DNA from: an uncultured Desulfospira sp.
GTDB lineage: Bacteria > Desulfobacterota > Desulfobacteria > Desulfobacterales > Desulfobacteraceae
Reading direction: 5' to 3'
DNA: 64,000 nucleotides
NCBI GenBank assembly: GCA_963663165.1
Contig: OY760175.1
Span: forward strand, 704,001 to 768,000
The notes under the pieces are model-generated. The model saw only the letters and a list, made by a program, of their open reading frames with translations, made no database searches and was not told where the DNA came from. Shown here piece by piece: positions 52,659 to 62,470 of this stretch. Each line of letters starts with the position of its first letter. The first letter of the stretch is position 1. The translations under genes were made by a program, and so were the position numbers.

Positions 52659-53963
52659 ATGAAAATAACCGTGTGGGGTCTGTTCTGGGGTCCGGTGTTC
52701 AGTTTATGGCTTGCCCTTAATGCTGCCGTTGCCGGACCCGGACCATTATACACTTTAAATGATCTTTGCCGTGAAGCCGCAAAAAATGCCGAACAAATTC
52801 AGATGGCCCAGGAAAATGTTACCATTGCCGAGGATGAAAAAAAGCGGGCCCTTTCGGTCCTCATTCCCAGGATCAGCACGTTTGGCAGCGTTGTAAACCA
52901 TAAACACGACAGCCAGTCCTATCCGGATTCCACCACATTAGGGATAAACCTGACCCAATCCTTTACCATCAACGGCAAGGAGCTGACCGCTTACAATTTC
53001 ACCAAAAAAGGGATTGAAAAAAGCGGTTTTGCTTTAGAACGGGTCACAGCAGACTATTTGTTCAGCGTGGCCGAGTCCTATTTTCAGACCTTGAGTGCCA
53101 AACGTAAAAAAGAAATTGCCGAGGCCGATATGGACCGGCTGAAAACCCACAGGGACTCGGTTCAAGAAAAACTTTCTGTGGGGTCTGTAACCAAAACCGA
53201 TCTTTACCGGGCTGAGGCCGAGCTGTCCAAAGCAAGGACCTCTCAGGTGACTTCAGAACACGGGATTCAGCAGGGAATGGCCCGGATTGCCAGATTGGCC
53301 GGCATTGATCATGATTTTACCATTTCAGCTGAACATGCCGGAACCCTGGAAAATTTTCATCCCACTTTGGACGGGATTAAGGGGGCAGCCCTTGAAAACC
53401 GGTATGAAATTAAAGAAGCCCAAAAAGACCTGGAAAGGGCCATGGACAATGTCAAGTATGAAAAAGGCGATTACTGGCCGGTCTTAAGCCTGGAAGCCGG
53501 ATACAAGGACTCTGATATTTCCTATGACGCCGGATCACAGGATACTGACCTGAATGTATATGATCCCTATATTCAGGCCCAGCTGGTCTTTACCCTTTAC
53601 GACGGCGGCTTGAGAGGCGCCGAGGTTTCCCAGGCCAGGGCAAAGGAACGGCAGGCCCGCCAGAACCTTGAAAGCGTCAAGAACGATATTGTATTGCAGG
53701 CAAAGGTCGCTTTCCTGGAATATGAAACTGCCAGAAACACCCTGATCAATCTTCAGGACGAGTTAAAATCCGCCAATGAAAACTATAATGCGGTTAAAAT
53801 GCAGTTTAAATACGGCATGGCGGACAGCATTGACATGATGGATGCCAACACCCTTCTGGTCACCGCTGAACGAAGCATTTCCGATGCGCAGTATGCCCTT
53901 GTCCTGGCAGCCTTGAAAATTAAATATGTCAAAAGTGAGCTGACAGAATATTTACTCAAATAA
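52659..53963 (+). CDS. TolC-family outer membrane efflux protein
   Basis: Signal peptide, two OEP repeats (YFQTLSA..., YWPVLSLEAGY, LYDGG). Confidence 0.85.
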   Translation: MKITVWGLFWGPVFSLWLALNAAVAGPGPLYTLNDLCREAAKNAEQIQMAQENVTIAEDEKKRALSVLIPRISTFGSVVNHKHDSQSYPDSTTLGINLTQSFTINGKELTAYNFTKKGIEKSGFALERVTADYLFSVAESYFQTLSAKRKKEIAEADMDRLKTHRDSVQEKLSVGSVTKTDLYRAEAELSKARTSQVTSEHGIQQGMARIARLAGIDHDFTISAEHAGTLENFHPTLDGIKGAALENRYEIKEAQKDLERAMDNVKYEKGDYWPVLSLEAGYKDSDISYDAGSQDTDLNVYDPYIQAQLVFTLYDGGLRGAEVSQARAKERQARQNLESVKNDIVLQAKVAFLEYETARNTLINLQDELKSANENYNAVKMQFKYGMADSIDMMDANTLLVTAERSISDAQYALVLAALKIKYVKSELTEYLLK

Positions 53964-54222
53964 GTGAATTCGGGTTCAATTTCCCCAAACCCCGGGTAAA
54001 AAATTTTTTTCAGGGTTAAGTGGCTACAAATATTTCATTAATACGGTTTTTCCGGTATCATACCCCATGGATAGACTCTGAATCTGCAATGTTTTCAAGA
54101 CGTAAGCTTGACTTGATCTAAAGCTTGAAATATTCTTCTGATTAAATTTCAGATCAGCGATAGCAGCGACAGCAGCGATAGCAGCGACAGCGTAACAAAA
54201 AAAAAGAAAAAAGGAGTTAGCC

Positions 54223-54537
54223 ATGTACGAAATCATTGCAAATCCTGAAGACTACCAGATTGATCATCTGATTAACGGTACCGGCAACGCCAACATTGAA
54301 CTGTCCCAGGAAGAGCGGGACAAATGGGCCAATGAAGTGGTGAATTTCAGTGAACGGCTCATGGAGCTTGCCAAAAAATCAAAGGTTCTCGCCGACCTTT
54401 TATGTTCCAAAGAGCCCATCGCAGCCACCCCTGCATCCTTAAAAACATTGAAAATTCAACTTTTTATGATCAACGACTCCCTGAACTCAGCACTTGAAAT
54501 TTCTGAAAAACTGGAAACGGATATTATCAAAAAATAA
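54223..54537 (+). CDS. Hypothetical protein
   Basis: Strong SD AAGGAG, 104-aa helical ORF in intergenic space. Confidence 0.7.
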   Translation: MYEIIANPEDYQIDHLINGTGNANIELSQEERDKWANEVVNFSERLMELAKKSKVLADLLCSKEPIAATPASLKTLKIQLFMINDSLNSALEISEKLETDIIKK

Positions 54538-54543
54538 CCCGTT

Positions 54544-55596
54544 TCAGACAATTGATTTTTGCCTTAACAGATGGTCTGCCAGAACCAGCATAAGCATGGA
54601 CTCGCAGACCATGTTAATTCTGGGAATGGCGCTGATATCATGCCGTCCCGTTGTGGAAATCGTTGTGGGCTCATGGGTCTTTGTAAGGGTCTTTTGAACT
54701 TTTAAAATAGAGGGGATGGGTTTGATATGGACCCTTGCCACAATCTCATCCCCATTGGAAATGCCGGCCAGAATTCCGCCGGCATGGTTGGTTTCAAACC
54801 CGTCGGGCATGATCTGGTCGTTGTTCTCATACCCGGTCATCCGGGCCGCCTCAATTCCGGAACCAATTTCAACCGCCTTGACCGCACCGATACTCATCAA
54901 GGCCTTGGCAATATCGGCATCTAATTTATCAAACACGGGATCTCCGAGCCCTGCCGGAACATTTGAGGCCCTGATTTCAACCACGCCGCCAAGGGAATCC
55001 CCTTGTTCTTTGACCTGTTCAATTCTTTTTTCCATGGCCATGGCCGCCTTGGGGTCAGCGCACCGCAACGGACTGGTTTCAAGAAATTCAGGATCAAAGG
55101 TTTTGGCCTCAACCCTGCCAAGGGCCAGGGTATGGCTCATGATACGGATCTGATGTCCTGCAAGGACAAGCCCTGCCACGGCACCTGCGGCCACCCGGGC
55201 CGCGGTTTCCCTTGCCGATGCCCGGCCCCCGCCCCGATAATCCCGGATACCGTATTTTTGGGTGTAAGAATAATCCCCGTGACCCGGCCTGAAGAGATTT
55301 GCAATATCATCATAGGATCTGGACCGGGCATCCTGGTTTTCAATGAGGATCATGATGGGGGTCCCGGTGGTCCGGTTTTCAAAGGTGCCGGAAAGGATTT
55401 TCGGGCGGTCTGGTTCTTTTCTCTTGGTAGAGGCCGGGCCTTTACCGGGTTTCCGTCTGTCCAAAGCCTTTTGAATCATGGCCTCGGTAATGGGAAGGCC
55501 CGGCGGGCATCCCTGGATGATCACGCCTAACGCCGGGCCGTGGGATTCGCCAAAGGTGGTGATCTGAAATGCTTTTCCAAAACTTGATCCTGACAT
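54544..55596 (-). CDS. aroC: Chorismate synthase
   Basis: TFGESHG, RPGHGD, GGGRASARETA, KPIPSI, GRHD. Confidence 0.97.
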   Translation of the reverse strand: MSGSSFGKAFQITTFGESHGPALGVIIQGCPPGLPITEAMIQKALDRRKPGKGPASTKRKEPDRPKILSGTFENRTTGTPIMILIENQDARSRSYDDIANLFRPGHGDYSYTQKYGIRDYRGGGRASARETAARVAAGAVAGLVLAGHQIRIMSHTLALGRVEAKTFDPEFLETSPLRCADPKAAMAMEKRIEQVKEQGDSLGGVVEIRASNVPAGLGDPVFDKLDADIAKALMSIGAVKAVEIGSGIEAARMTGYENNDQIMPDGFETNHAGGILAGISNGDEIVARVHIKPIPSILKVQKTLTKTHEPTTISTTGRHDISAIPRINMVCESMLMLVLADHLLRQKSIV

Positions 55597-55653
55597 GGGG
55601 TCCTCGTTTGTTTAGCGGTTAGCTTTTAGCTGTTAGCCATTAGCTGTTCGGTT

Positions 55654-56184
55654 TTAAAGTTTTTCAAATGCTGTTTGAATCTGCCGGGCCGCCTGGTCCG
55701 GGGAAAGGGCCTGAGTATCGATGGAAAATCCGGCGGTTTCCTGGTAGAGGGGGTTCCTTTCTGACAACAGGGCAACGGTTTCCTGATAGATGGGGCTTTG
55801 GGTCAGGGCAGGCCTAGAGGATTGGCTGTTCAAATCCTGCCCAAGCCGTTCAATGATACCGGCAGGCTCGGCCTTAAGCCATACCGCCCATCCCTTTTCC
55901 CGGATCAGTTTCCGGTTTTCCGGATCAAGGACAATACCGCCGCCTGTGGAAATCACCTGCCCGGCATGGCCAAAGTCCTGATTGGCTATAAATTCAAGGA
56001 CATGGGCCTCCTGTTCCCTGAAAAATGGCCACCCGTTCTTTTCTACCATCGCTTCAATGGACATGCCGGCCCGTTCCTGAACCACCTGGTCCGTATCCCG
56101 GAAATCATATTCAAGAAGATCCGCCAGCAGCCTGCCGATAGTGGTCTTTCCCGTACACCGGTATCCAATCAAAAAAATATTCAT
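55654..56184 (-). CDS. aroK: Shikimate kinase
   Basis: GYRCTGKTT, DTD, FREQE, STGGG, RPAL. Confidence 0.93.
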   Translation of the reverse strand: MNIFLIGYRCTGKTTIGRLLADLLEYDFRDTDQVVQERAGMSIEAMVEKNGWPFFREQEAHVLEFIANQDFGHAGQVISTGGGIVLDPENRKLIREKGWAVWLKAEPAGIIERLGQDLNSQSSRPALTQSPIYQETVALLSERNPLYQETAGFSIDTQALSPDQAARQIQTAFEKL

Positions 56185-56265
56185 TTAAATAGGGGGTTAG
56201 GCTGAAGGGGATTAGACTGAAGTAATTTACCTTCAGTCTTCAGCCTAAATACCTTCAGCCTGCTT

Positions 56266-57522
56266 TTAAAGTTTCTCAAAAATATCCCAGTACCCGGGAA
56301 AAGATTTTTCCACGCAACCGGGATTTTCAATTTCCATGCCCGGCACCACCAGGCCGGCCAGAGAAAAAGCCATGGCAATCCGATGATCGTTATAGGTCTC
56401 AATGAACGCGCCTTTAGGGGTTCCACCAACCACCGTAAGCCAGTCATCTCCCTGCCGGGCATCGATTCCCATTTTCAAAAGCCCTAAAACCACGGCATCA
56501 ATCCGGTCACACTCTTTTTCCCTTAAGTGGGCGATGTTGGTGATCCTTGTTTCCCCGTTGGCAAAGGCGGCGGCAACCGCAATGGCCGGAACCGCATCCG
56601 GCGTATCCGACATGTCCACATCCACTCCGGTCAGTCCATTCCCTCTGACACCGGCACAGCGGTCTTTAAATTCCAGGGTGGCGCCCATTTTTTCCAGAAT
56701 ATATATCTGTTTAAAATCACCCTGCAAAGAGTCTTTTTGAACATTTTTTACATAAATGGCCCGGCCGGTAATGGCGCCGGCCGCCCAGAAATACCCGGCA
56801 TTGGAAAGGTCGGGTTCCACAAAAAAGGTTCCGGACGCATAGGACTGTCCCCCGGGCACCAGATACCGGGTTTCATCAAGGCGCTTTGCATCAACCTTAA
56901 ACTGTTTCATGATATCCAGGGTAAGGTCTATATACGGTGAGGATACCGGGGGCCCGGTCAGTTGAATGTTAAGGCCGTTTTCAAAAAAAGGGCCGATCAT
57001 GAGAAGGCTGGAAAGGTACTGGCTTGATCTTGAACAATCAAGCAGGGTATCTCCCCCCTGCCGGTTTCCCCCCTGAATGGTTATGGGGGGGGTTCCCTGG
57101 GCATTGTCAGACCTGGCGCTAATTTGTATCTTTTCAAGGGCATCCAGCAGCTCCTTCATGGGACGGCGGCACATTCTCTGGTCCCCGGTCAGGGTATAGG
57201 CACGGGTGCCCAGGGCGGCAATTCCAGCCAGAAGCCGCATGGACGTGCCGGAATTGCCCAGATAAACCGGTTCATCAAAGGGTTCTGGCCTGCCGTTAAA
57301 TCCTTTCACTTCAACAGTATCAGGACCGGTGTCCCTGATTTGGACCCCCATATGGGAAAGGCACTGGCAAGTCAGGGAAATATCCTGGCTTTCAAGAAGG
57401 TTGGTTATGTTTGAAACTCCCCCTGAAAGGGCGGCACAGATCAGCATCCGGTGAGAGATGCTTTTTGATCCTGGCACGGTAACCGTCTGGTCTTTAATGG
57501 GCCTTGGAATTATTTTTTTCAT
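56266..57522 (-). CDS. aroA: EPSP synthase
   Basis: PGSKSISHR, GNSGTSMR, SSQYLSSL, LREKECDRI, DHRIAM, KSFPGY. Confidence 0.97.
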   Translation of the reverse strand: MKKIIPRPIKDQTVTVPGSKSISHRMLICAALSGGVSNITNLLESQDISLTCQCLSHMGVQIRDTGPDTVEVKGFNGRPEPFDEPVYLGNSGTSMRLLAGIAALGTRAYTLTGDQRMCRRPMKELLDALEKIQISARSDNAQGTPPITIQGGNRQGGDTLLDCSRSSQYLSSLLMIGPFFENGLNIQLTGPPVSSPYIDLTLDIMKQFKVDAKRLDETRYLVPGGQSYASGTFFVEPDLSNAGYFWAAGAITGRAIYVKNVQKDSLQGDFKQIYILEKMGATLEFKDRCAGVRGNGLTGVDVDMSDTPDAVPAIAVAAAFANGETRITNIAHLREKECDRIDAVVLGLLKMGIDARQGDDWLTVVGGTPKGAFIETYNDHRIAMAFSLAGLVVPGMEIENPGCVEKSFPGYWDIFEKL

Positions 57523-57540
57523 CCTTTTTCCTTTCAGGTG

Positions 57541-58368
57541 TCATTTTGTGAGCAGGGCGGTGCGCATCTGATGCTGATCCGGTTCAATGCCCGTCCACAG
57601 TTTAAACTGGGCAGCGGCCTGGGCAATAAACATGGCAAGCCCGTCCACCACATGGCAGCCCCTTTGCCTGGCGGCCTGGATCAGTCTGGTGTCCGGCGGG
57701 GTATAAACTACATCCATCACCACCATTTCAGGCCTAAGCCATGACAGGGGAACCGGAGCCTGATCCACGGCCGGCGCCATCCCGATACTGGTGGTGTTAA
57801 TGAGAATATCCGCCTGAATTTGAGAAATGTCTTGGAGGGGACAGAACCTGCCCTGGTATTGGCCGGCCAGATCCATGCCCGTTTGAGCGGTCCGGTTGAC
57901 AATCACCAGACGGCCTTTGTTTTTCCATATGCCAAAGGCAACCGCTCTGGCCGCCCCTCCGGCCCCGACAATACAGACGGTTTTACCGGCAATGCCAAAG
58001 GGTTTAAGGGGATCAACCGCCGCCTTTGAATCGGTATTGTACCCCAAAAGAGAGCCCCGGTCATTGACAATGGTATTCACCGCGCCCATATCCCCGGCCT
58101 CAGGATCGATCCAGTCCAGGTAATCCATAACCCCCGCCTTGAAAGGAATGGTAATGGATGCCCCTTTTATATTCAGGCTTCGGATAGCGTTGATACAGCT
58201 TTTGGCATCCGGCGGTTCAAAGGCCAGATATACCGCATTTATGCCCTGATGGGCAAATGCCCTGTTGTGAACCAGGGGGCTTTGGCTGTGGGACACCGGG
58301 CTGCCCATCACACCGTACAATTGCGTGGCGGCATTGATCTGTTGATTCATATAAGGTTCGAAATCCAT
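57541..58368 (-). CDS. aroE: Shikimate dehydrogenase
   Basis: HSQSPLVHN, TIPFK, GAVNT, GYNTD, GAGGAARA. Confidence 0.95.
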   Translation of the reverse strand: MDFEPYMNQQINAATQLYGVMGSPVSHSQSPLVHNRAFAHQGINAVYLAFEPPDAKSCINAIRSLNIKGASITIPFKAGVMDYLDWIDPEAGDMGAVNTIVNDRGSLLGYNTDSKAAVDPLKPFGIAGKTVCIVGAGGAARAVAFGIWKNKGRLVIVNRTAQTGMDLAGQYQGRFCPLQDISQIQADILINTTSIGMAPAVDQAPVPLSWLRPEMVVMDVVYTPPDTRLIQAARQRGCHVVDGLAMFIAQAAAQFKLWTGIEPDQHQMRTALLTK

Positions 58369-58380
58369 TTTTACATTCCA

Positions 58381-59505
58381 CTATCCTAAAGTTTGAATCC
58401 CTGACTCGCTGTCCATGGGATAAGAACCCAAAACCCTCAAAGAAAGGCAGACAGACTTGAGTTGTTCAATGGTATGGGAAACCACCGGGTCCTGAATATG
58501 CCCTTCAATGTCCATAAAAAAATAATAACTCCAGTTCTGGTTCCGCGTGGGCCTGGATTCAAGTTTGAGCATGTTAAGCCCGGCCTGGTTTACCGGTTCC
58601 AGGGCCTTGAACAATGCACCGGGCACATGGGAGGCGGCAAACATGATAGATGTTTTGTCTTTCCCGGTGGGGGGAGGCATGTCTTTACCAATAACCAGGA
58701 ACCGGGTGATGTTCCCGGCATGATCTTCAATGGAGGTTTCAACGGGAAGCAGTTCATAGATATGGGCGGCCTTGCCGCTGGCAATGACGGCCCCGTCCGG
58801 ATCACTGGCAACCGCCCTGGCGGCCAGGGCGGTTGAACCGGTTTCCTTGACGGGGGTGTTAGAAAATTTCTTTCTCAGCCACCCCTTGCATTGGGCCACC
58901 GCCTGGTGGTGGCCGTAAATGGTTTTCACATGGGAAGGGTCTCCGGTCATGGACAGCAGATCATAGCTCACGGGTTCATAATGTTCAGCGCAGATCTGCA
59001 AGGTATACACCGCAAACAGGTCCAGGGTATGGTTAACCGCCCCTTCAATGGAATTTTCAACCGGGACTACCCCAAAACGGCTTTCATTTTTCTCCACCTC
59101 CTTGAACACGTCGTTGAGGCCGGGCTGGCAAATGAAATTGCCCGAATGTTTAAAATGAGTTAACGCCGCCATGTGGGTTAAGCCGGCTTCAGGTCCGAGA
59201 AAGGAAATTTTCTTGGGCTTCTGAATTTCACGGGTGGCTGTAATAATCACATTGAATATGTATTGAAGCAGGTCCCTGGAGGCCGGCCCCCGGTTCAGGG
59301 CAAACAGGTTCTCTATGACTTTTTTTTCCCTTTCCCGGTCCAGAACGGCGCCCCCTTTCTCCTGTTTGATCCGGCCCACCTGTCTGCCGATGTCAAGGCG
59401 CTGGTTGATCAATTCCAGGATCTGAGCATCAATGGTGTCGATCTGTTTTCTTAAAGGGGCCAGGGCCCTGTCCCGGTCTGGGTGGGCCGGTTTTTCTGTG
59501 TTCAT
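58381..59505 (-). CDS. pheA: Chorismate mutase / prephenate dehydratase
   Basis: LRKQIDTID CM domain, VPVENSIEG, NITRFLV, ACT domain LESRP; SD GAAGGAAGG. Confidence 0.95.
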   Translation of the reverse strand: MNTEKPAHPDRDRALAPLRKQIDTIDAQILELINQRLDIGRQVGRIKQEKGGAVLDREREKKVIENLFALNRGPASRDLLQYIFNVIITATREIQKPKKISFLGPEAGLTHMAALTHFKHSGNFICQPGLNDVFKEVEKNESRFGVVPVENSIEGAVNHTLDLFAVYTLQICAEHYEPVSYDLLSMTGDPSHVKTIYGHHQAVAQCKGWLRKKFSNTPVKETGSTALAARAVASDPDGAVIASGKAAHIYELLPVETSIEDHAGNITRFLVIGKDMPPPTGKDKTSIMFAASHVPGALFKALEPVNQAGLNMLKLESRPTRNQNWSYYFFMDIEGHIQDPVVSHTIEQLKSVCLSLRVLGSYPMDSESGIQTLG

Positions 59506-59542
59506 ACTTGTCCTTCCTTCAGCCGGTTTACCTGAATACCCA

Positions 59543-59582
59543 ATAAAAAACCGCAACAAGATGAATCCTGCTGCGGTTTTTT
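59543..59582 (-). terminator. Attenuator terminator upstream of pheA
   Basis: Minus-strand AACCGCAGCAGGAT/ATCTTGTTGCGGTT hairpin followed by TTTTATT. Confidence 0.85.
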
Positions 59583-59608
59583 CTGGTCAATTGGTTGAAA
59601 TGATCAGT

Positions 59609-59680
59609 TCACCACAGACAAAATCCAGTATAATAATACCGGTAAAAATAAAAAAATATGTCTGTGAGAATAATATGCAT
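59609..59680 (-). CDS. Aromatic amino acid leader peptide MHIILTDIFFYFYRYYYTGFCLW (pheL-like)
   Basis: Translated by hand; 23 aa with 4 Phe, 5 Tyr and 1 Trp, directly upstream of the terminator and the pheA-aro operon. Confidence 0.85.
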   Translation of the reverse strand: MHIILTDIFFYFYRYYYTGFCLW

Positions 59681-59709
59681 TTCAAATTTTAATTTTATGT
59701 TTGATCAGA

Positions 59710-59738
59710 ACCCTATAACCGGCCAAAAAATATGTCAA
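59710..59738 (-). promoter_or_regulatory. Sigma70 promoter of the leader-pheA-aro operon
   Basis: TTGACA-N17-TAGGGT on the minus strand. Confidence 0.65.
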
Positions 59739-59813
59739 GAAATTTATCTGCACGGATCATGGGACTTTTCAGATGAACCCTTCCTTTAGGGGGATGGTTT
59801 ATCTCCAAAAAAT

Positions 59814-59898
59814 TGGACTTGGGACTCGGGATATGGGACTTGGGGATTGCGGCATCCACGGCCTCCCCAAGTCCCATATCCCATATCCCAAGTCTCAA
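59814..59898. repeat. Palindromic heptamer repeat, GGGACTT family, copy 3
   Basis: Spacer variant GGATTGCGGCATCCACGGCCTC; shares the upstream flank TTTATCTCC with copy 1. Confidence 0.9.
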
Positions 59899-59976
59899 CA
59901 ATATACATTATAAAATTTACATACAACGTCCAAATATCATGCCGGATTATGAATGTGGTTGCCCAGAATACGGTTC

Positions 59977-61218
59977 TCATTCCCGGTTAAAAACAAAAGA
60001 TTTTATCCGGTTGCCGTCCATGTCTTTGACCGTGATGGTCCATTTATCAACCACGATGGATTCTCCGGGCTGGGGAATCCGTTCAATCTGTTTGAGGAAA
60101 AAACCGGAAAAGGTGTCATAATTGGCGGATTCCGGGATGGAGATATTGATTTTTTTATTTAAATCGTAAATATCGATCTTTCCGGCCACCAGCCATTTGT
60201 TTCCCTTAATCCGGATGATATCCGGTACGTTCCGGTCGGATTCGTCTGAAATATCCCCGATAATTTCTTCCACCACATCTTCGAGGGTGACAATCCCGGC
60301 CACGCCGCCATGCTCATCCACTACAATGGCCATGTGGCTTTTTTTGATCTTAAACTCGTGGAGCAAAGAATCCAGCTTTTTAAATTCCGGTATGAAATAT
60401 GGCTTTTTCATAATCTTTTTGACATCCAGTGATTCGGGATCTTCTTTTTGCTCGGTGATTTTCTGGAAGCTTGCAAACAGGTCTTTTACATGAAGAATGC
60501 CGATGACATGGTCAATGGAATCTTCAATCACCGGGATTCTTGAAAATCCGGTCTCCAGGATTTTCTGGATATCAAGCCCGTTGGATACATCAATAAAAAA
60601 CATATCCGCCCTGGGGGTCATGATTTCAGAGCAGGCCGTGTCGTCAAAATCAAAAATATTGCTGATCAGTTCCTTTTCTTCTTCCTTGATTTCCCCTTCC
60701 CCCTCAACCACTTCTACCATGGTCATCAGTTCATCTTCGGTGACCGCTTCCTGGGCATTGTCAATGGTACCGTGGAGTTTGGGAATAAAATTAAGAATAA
60801 AAATCAAAGGCCAGAACAGCCGGGACAACCAGAACAGGGGGTAGATCACCATCCGGGAAACCAGGACATTGTTGTGGTTGGCAAAGGATTTGGGGAAAAT
60901 TTCGCCAAAGACCAGGATCAGCAGGGTCATCCCGCCGGTAGCGATCCCGACGGCATTGGATTGAAAATGGGATATGGCAAGGGAGGTGGCAAGGGCCGAG
61001 GCCCCGATATTAACGATGTTGTTCCCGATCAGGATGGTGGTTAAAAGCGTATGGGAATTCTCTTTCATGTCCATGATCAGCTGACCGGTCTTTGAGCCGT
61101 CCTTGGCAATGTGAAAGGCCTTAATTTTGGATATGGAAAACAGCGCGGTTTCCGACGATGAAAAAAAGCCTGACAGAAACAGGCAGATCACCAGAAGAAT
61201 CATTTCAAAGGTTAGCAA
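59977..61218 (-). CDS. Hemolysin/CNNM family protein (DUF21, CBS pair, CorC)
   Basis: SGFFSSSETAL, FGEIFPKS, IMTPR, FSRIPV, VDEHGGVAGIVTLED. Confidence 0.92.
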   Translation of the reverse strand: MLTFEMILLVICLFLSGFFSSSETALFSISKIKAFHIAKDGSKTGQLIMDMKENSHTLLTTILIGNNIVNIGASALATSLAISHFQSNAVGIATGGMTLLILVFGEIFPKSFANHNNVLVSRMVIYPLFWLSRLFWPLIFILNFIPKLHGTIDNAQEAVTEDELMTMVEVVEGEGEIKEEEKELISNIFDFDDTACSEIMTPRADMFFIDVSNGLDIQKILETGFSRIPVIEDSIDHVIGILHVKDLFASFQKITEQKEDPESLDVKKIMKKPYFIPEFKKLDSLLHEFKIKKSHMAIVVDEHGGVAGIVTLEDVVEEIIGDISDESDRNVPDIIRIKGNKWLVAGKIDIYDLNKKINISIPESANYDTFSGFFLKQIERIPQPGESIVVDKWTITVKDMDGNRIKSFVFNRE

Positions 61219-61300
61219 AATGGAACGGGTCCTATATAGTTTAAAGATGGGTTATCTTTAATCGTATTTTCAATGGTTTGTCAATGCTTAGGGATAAGGT

Positions 61301-62464
61301 TTACCCTTGTTTTCGGATTAAACTCAAGGCGAGCCTTGCCGCCCTTAAGGGGGCTCCGGGAGGTCCGAGCCGCTTTCTGACACGGCCAAGTTTTCTGGAA
61401 ATTAAAGGCAGATCCTTAATCATTTCAAGGGATACCCGGTATATGTTGTCTACGGTGGCCTCGTGCTGAATCAGCTCCGGCATGACAGGGCTGTTGGTGA
61501 TAATATTGGCAAGGCCGGCATATTTAACCTTGACCAGTATTTTGGCCAGAAAAAAGCTGACGGCCTGCATTTTGTAGATAATAATGGTGGGCACCTGGGC
61601 TAAGGCCGCCTCTAAGGTGACGGTTCCGGAGGCGGCAATGAGCAGGTCGGCCCGCTCAAAGATGGTCCCGGGGTGCCCCTGAACCACCTCAAACCGTCCG
61701 CCCGGATCATATTCGCTGACCATGGCGCTGATTTTTTCATGGGATACAGATCCGGCACAGGAGACATAAACCCGCGTATCCGGAAAGGTCTGGCCGATTT
61801 TCAAGGCCGTTTTGAGCATGGGGACAAGCAGCCGGTCAATTTCAGAGCGCCTTGACCCGGGCAGCAGGCCAATGGACAGGGGGTGATGGGCGGCTTTGTT
61901 CTTAACCCCGGGCTGAATCTGAAAACCAAGATAATCCACAAGGGGATTTCCCACGTAAGTGCAGGGGATGTCGGCTTTTTTATATATTTTTTCCTCAAAG
62001 GGAAAAATCAAGGCCGCATGGTCGATATTTTTTTTAATGGTTTTTAACCGGCCCGGGTTCCAGGCCCAGACCTTGGGGGTGATATAGTATAAAATTTTAA
62101 AATCATATCGCTTTTTGGCGTAGGCAGCGGCTTTCAGATTGAATCCGGGATAGTCCACCAGGATTAAAAGGTCGGGCGGCTCGGTCCTTAACTCATCCCG
62201 GAACCGGTTAAAGGCCTGCTTAATATACTTAAACTGAAGCACCACCTCTGTGGCGCCCATGGCCGAAAGCCGGTCAATGGTGTAAAACAGCCTGGCCCCG
62301 GCAGCGGCCATGTTCGGACCGCCAATGCCGGTGACCCGCGCATTGGCATTGAGCTTAAGCATATTTTTTATTAGTGCGGCCCCGTGGATATCTCCCGAAG
62401 GCTCGCCGGCCAGAACCATGATACGGGGAAAAGCGCAGTCTATGGACTTGTCAGGCTCTTTCAT
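61301..62464 (-). CDS. lpxB: Lipid-A-disaccharide synthase
   Basis: AGEPSGD, VDYPGFN, VWAW, IFPFE, LPGSRRSE, SGTVTLE. Confidence 0.96.
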   Translation of the reverse strand: MKEPDKSIDCAFPRIMVLAGEPSGDIHGAALIKNMLKLNANARVTGIGGPNMAAAGARLFYTIDRLSAMGATEVVLQFKYIKQAFNRFRDELRTEPPDLLILVDYPGFNLKAAAYAKKRYDFKILYYITPKVWAWNPGRLKTIKKNIDHAALIFPFEEKIYKKADIPCTYVGNPLVDYLGFQIQPGVKNKAAHHPLSIGLLPGSRRSEIDRLLVPMLKTALKIGQTFPDTRVYVSCAGSVSHEKISAMVSEYDPGGRFEVVQGHPGTIFERADLLIAASGTVTLEAALAQVPTIIIYKMQAVSFFLAKILVKVKYAGLANIITNSPVMPELIQHEATVDNIYRVSLEMIKDLPLISRKLGRVRKRLGPPGAPLRAARLALSLIRKQG

Positions 62465-62470
62465 GAAATT

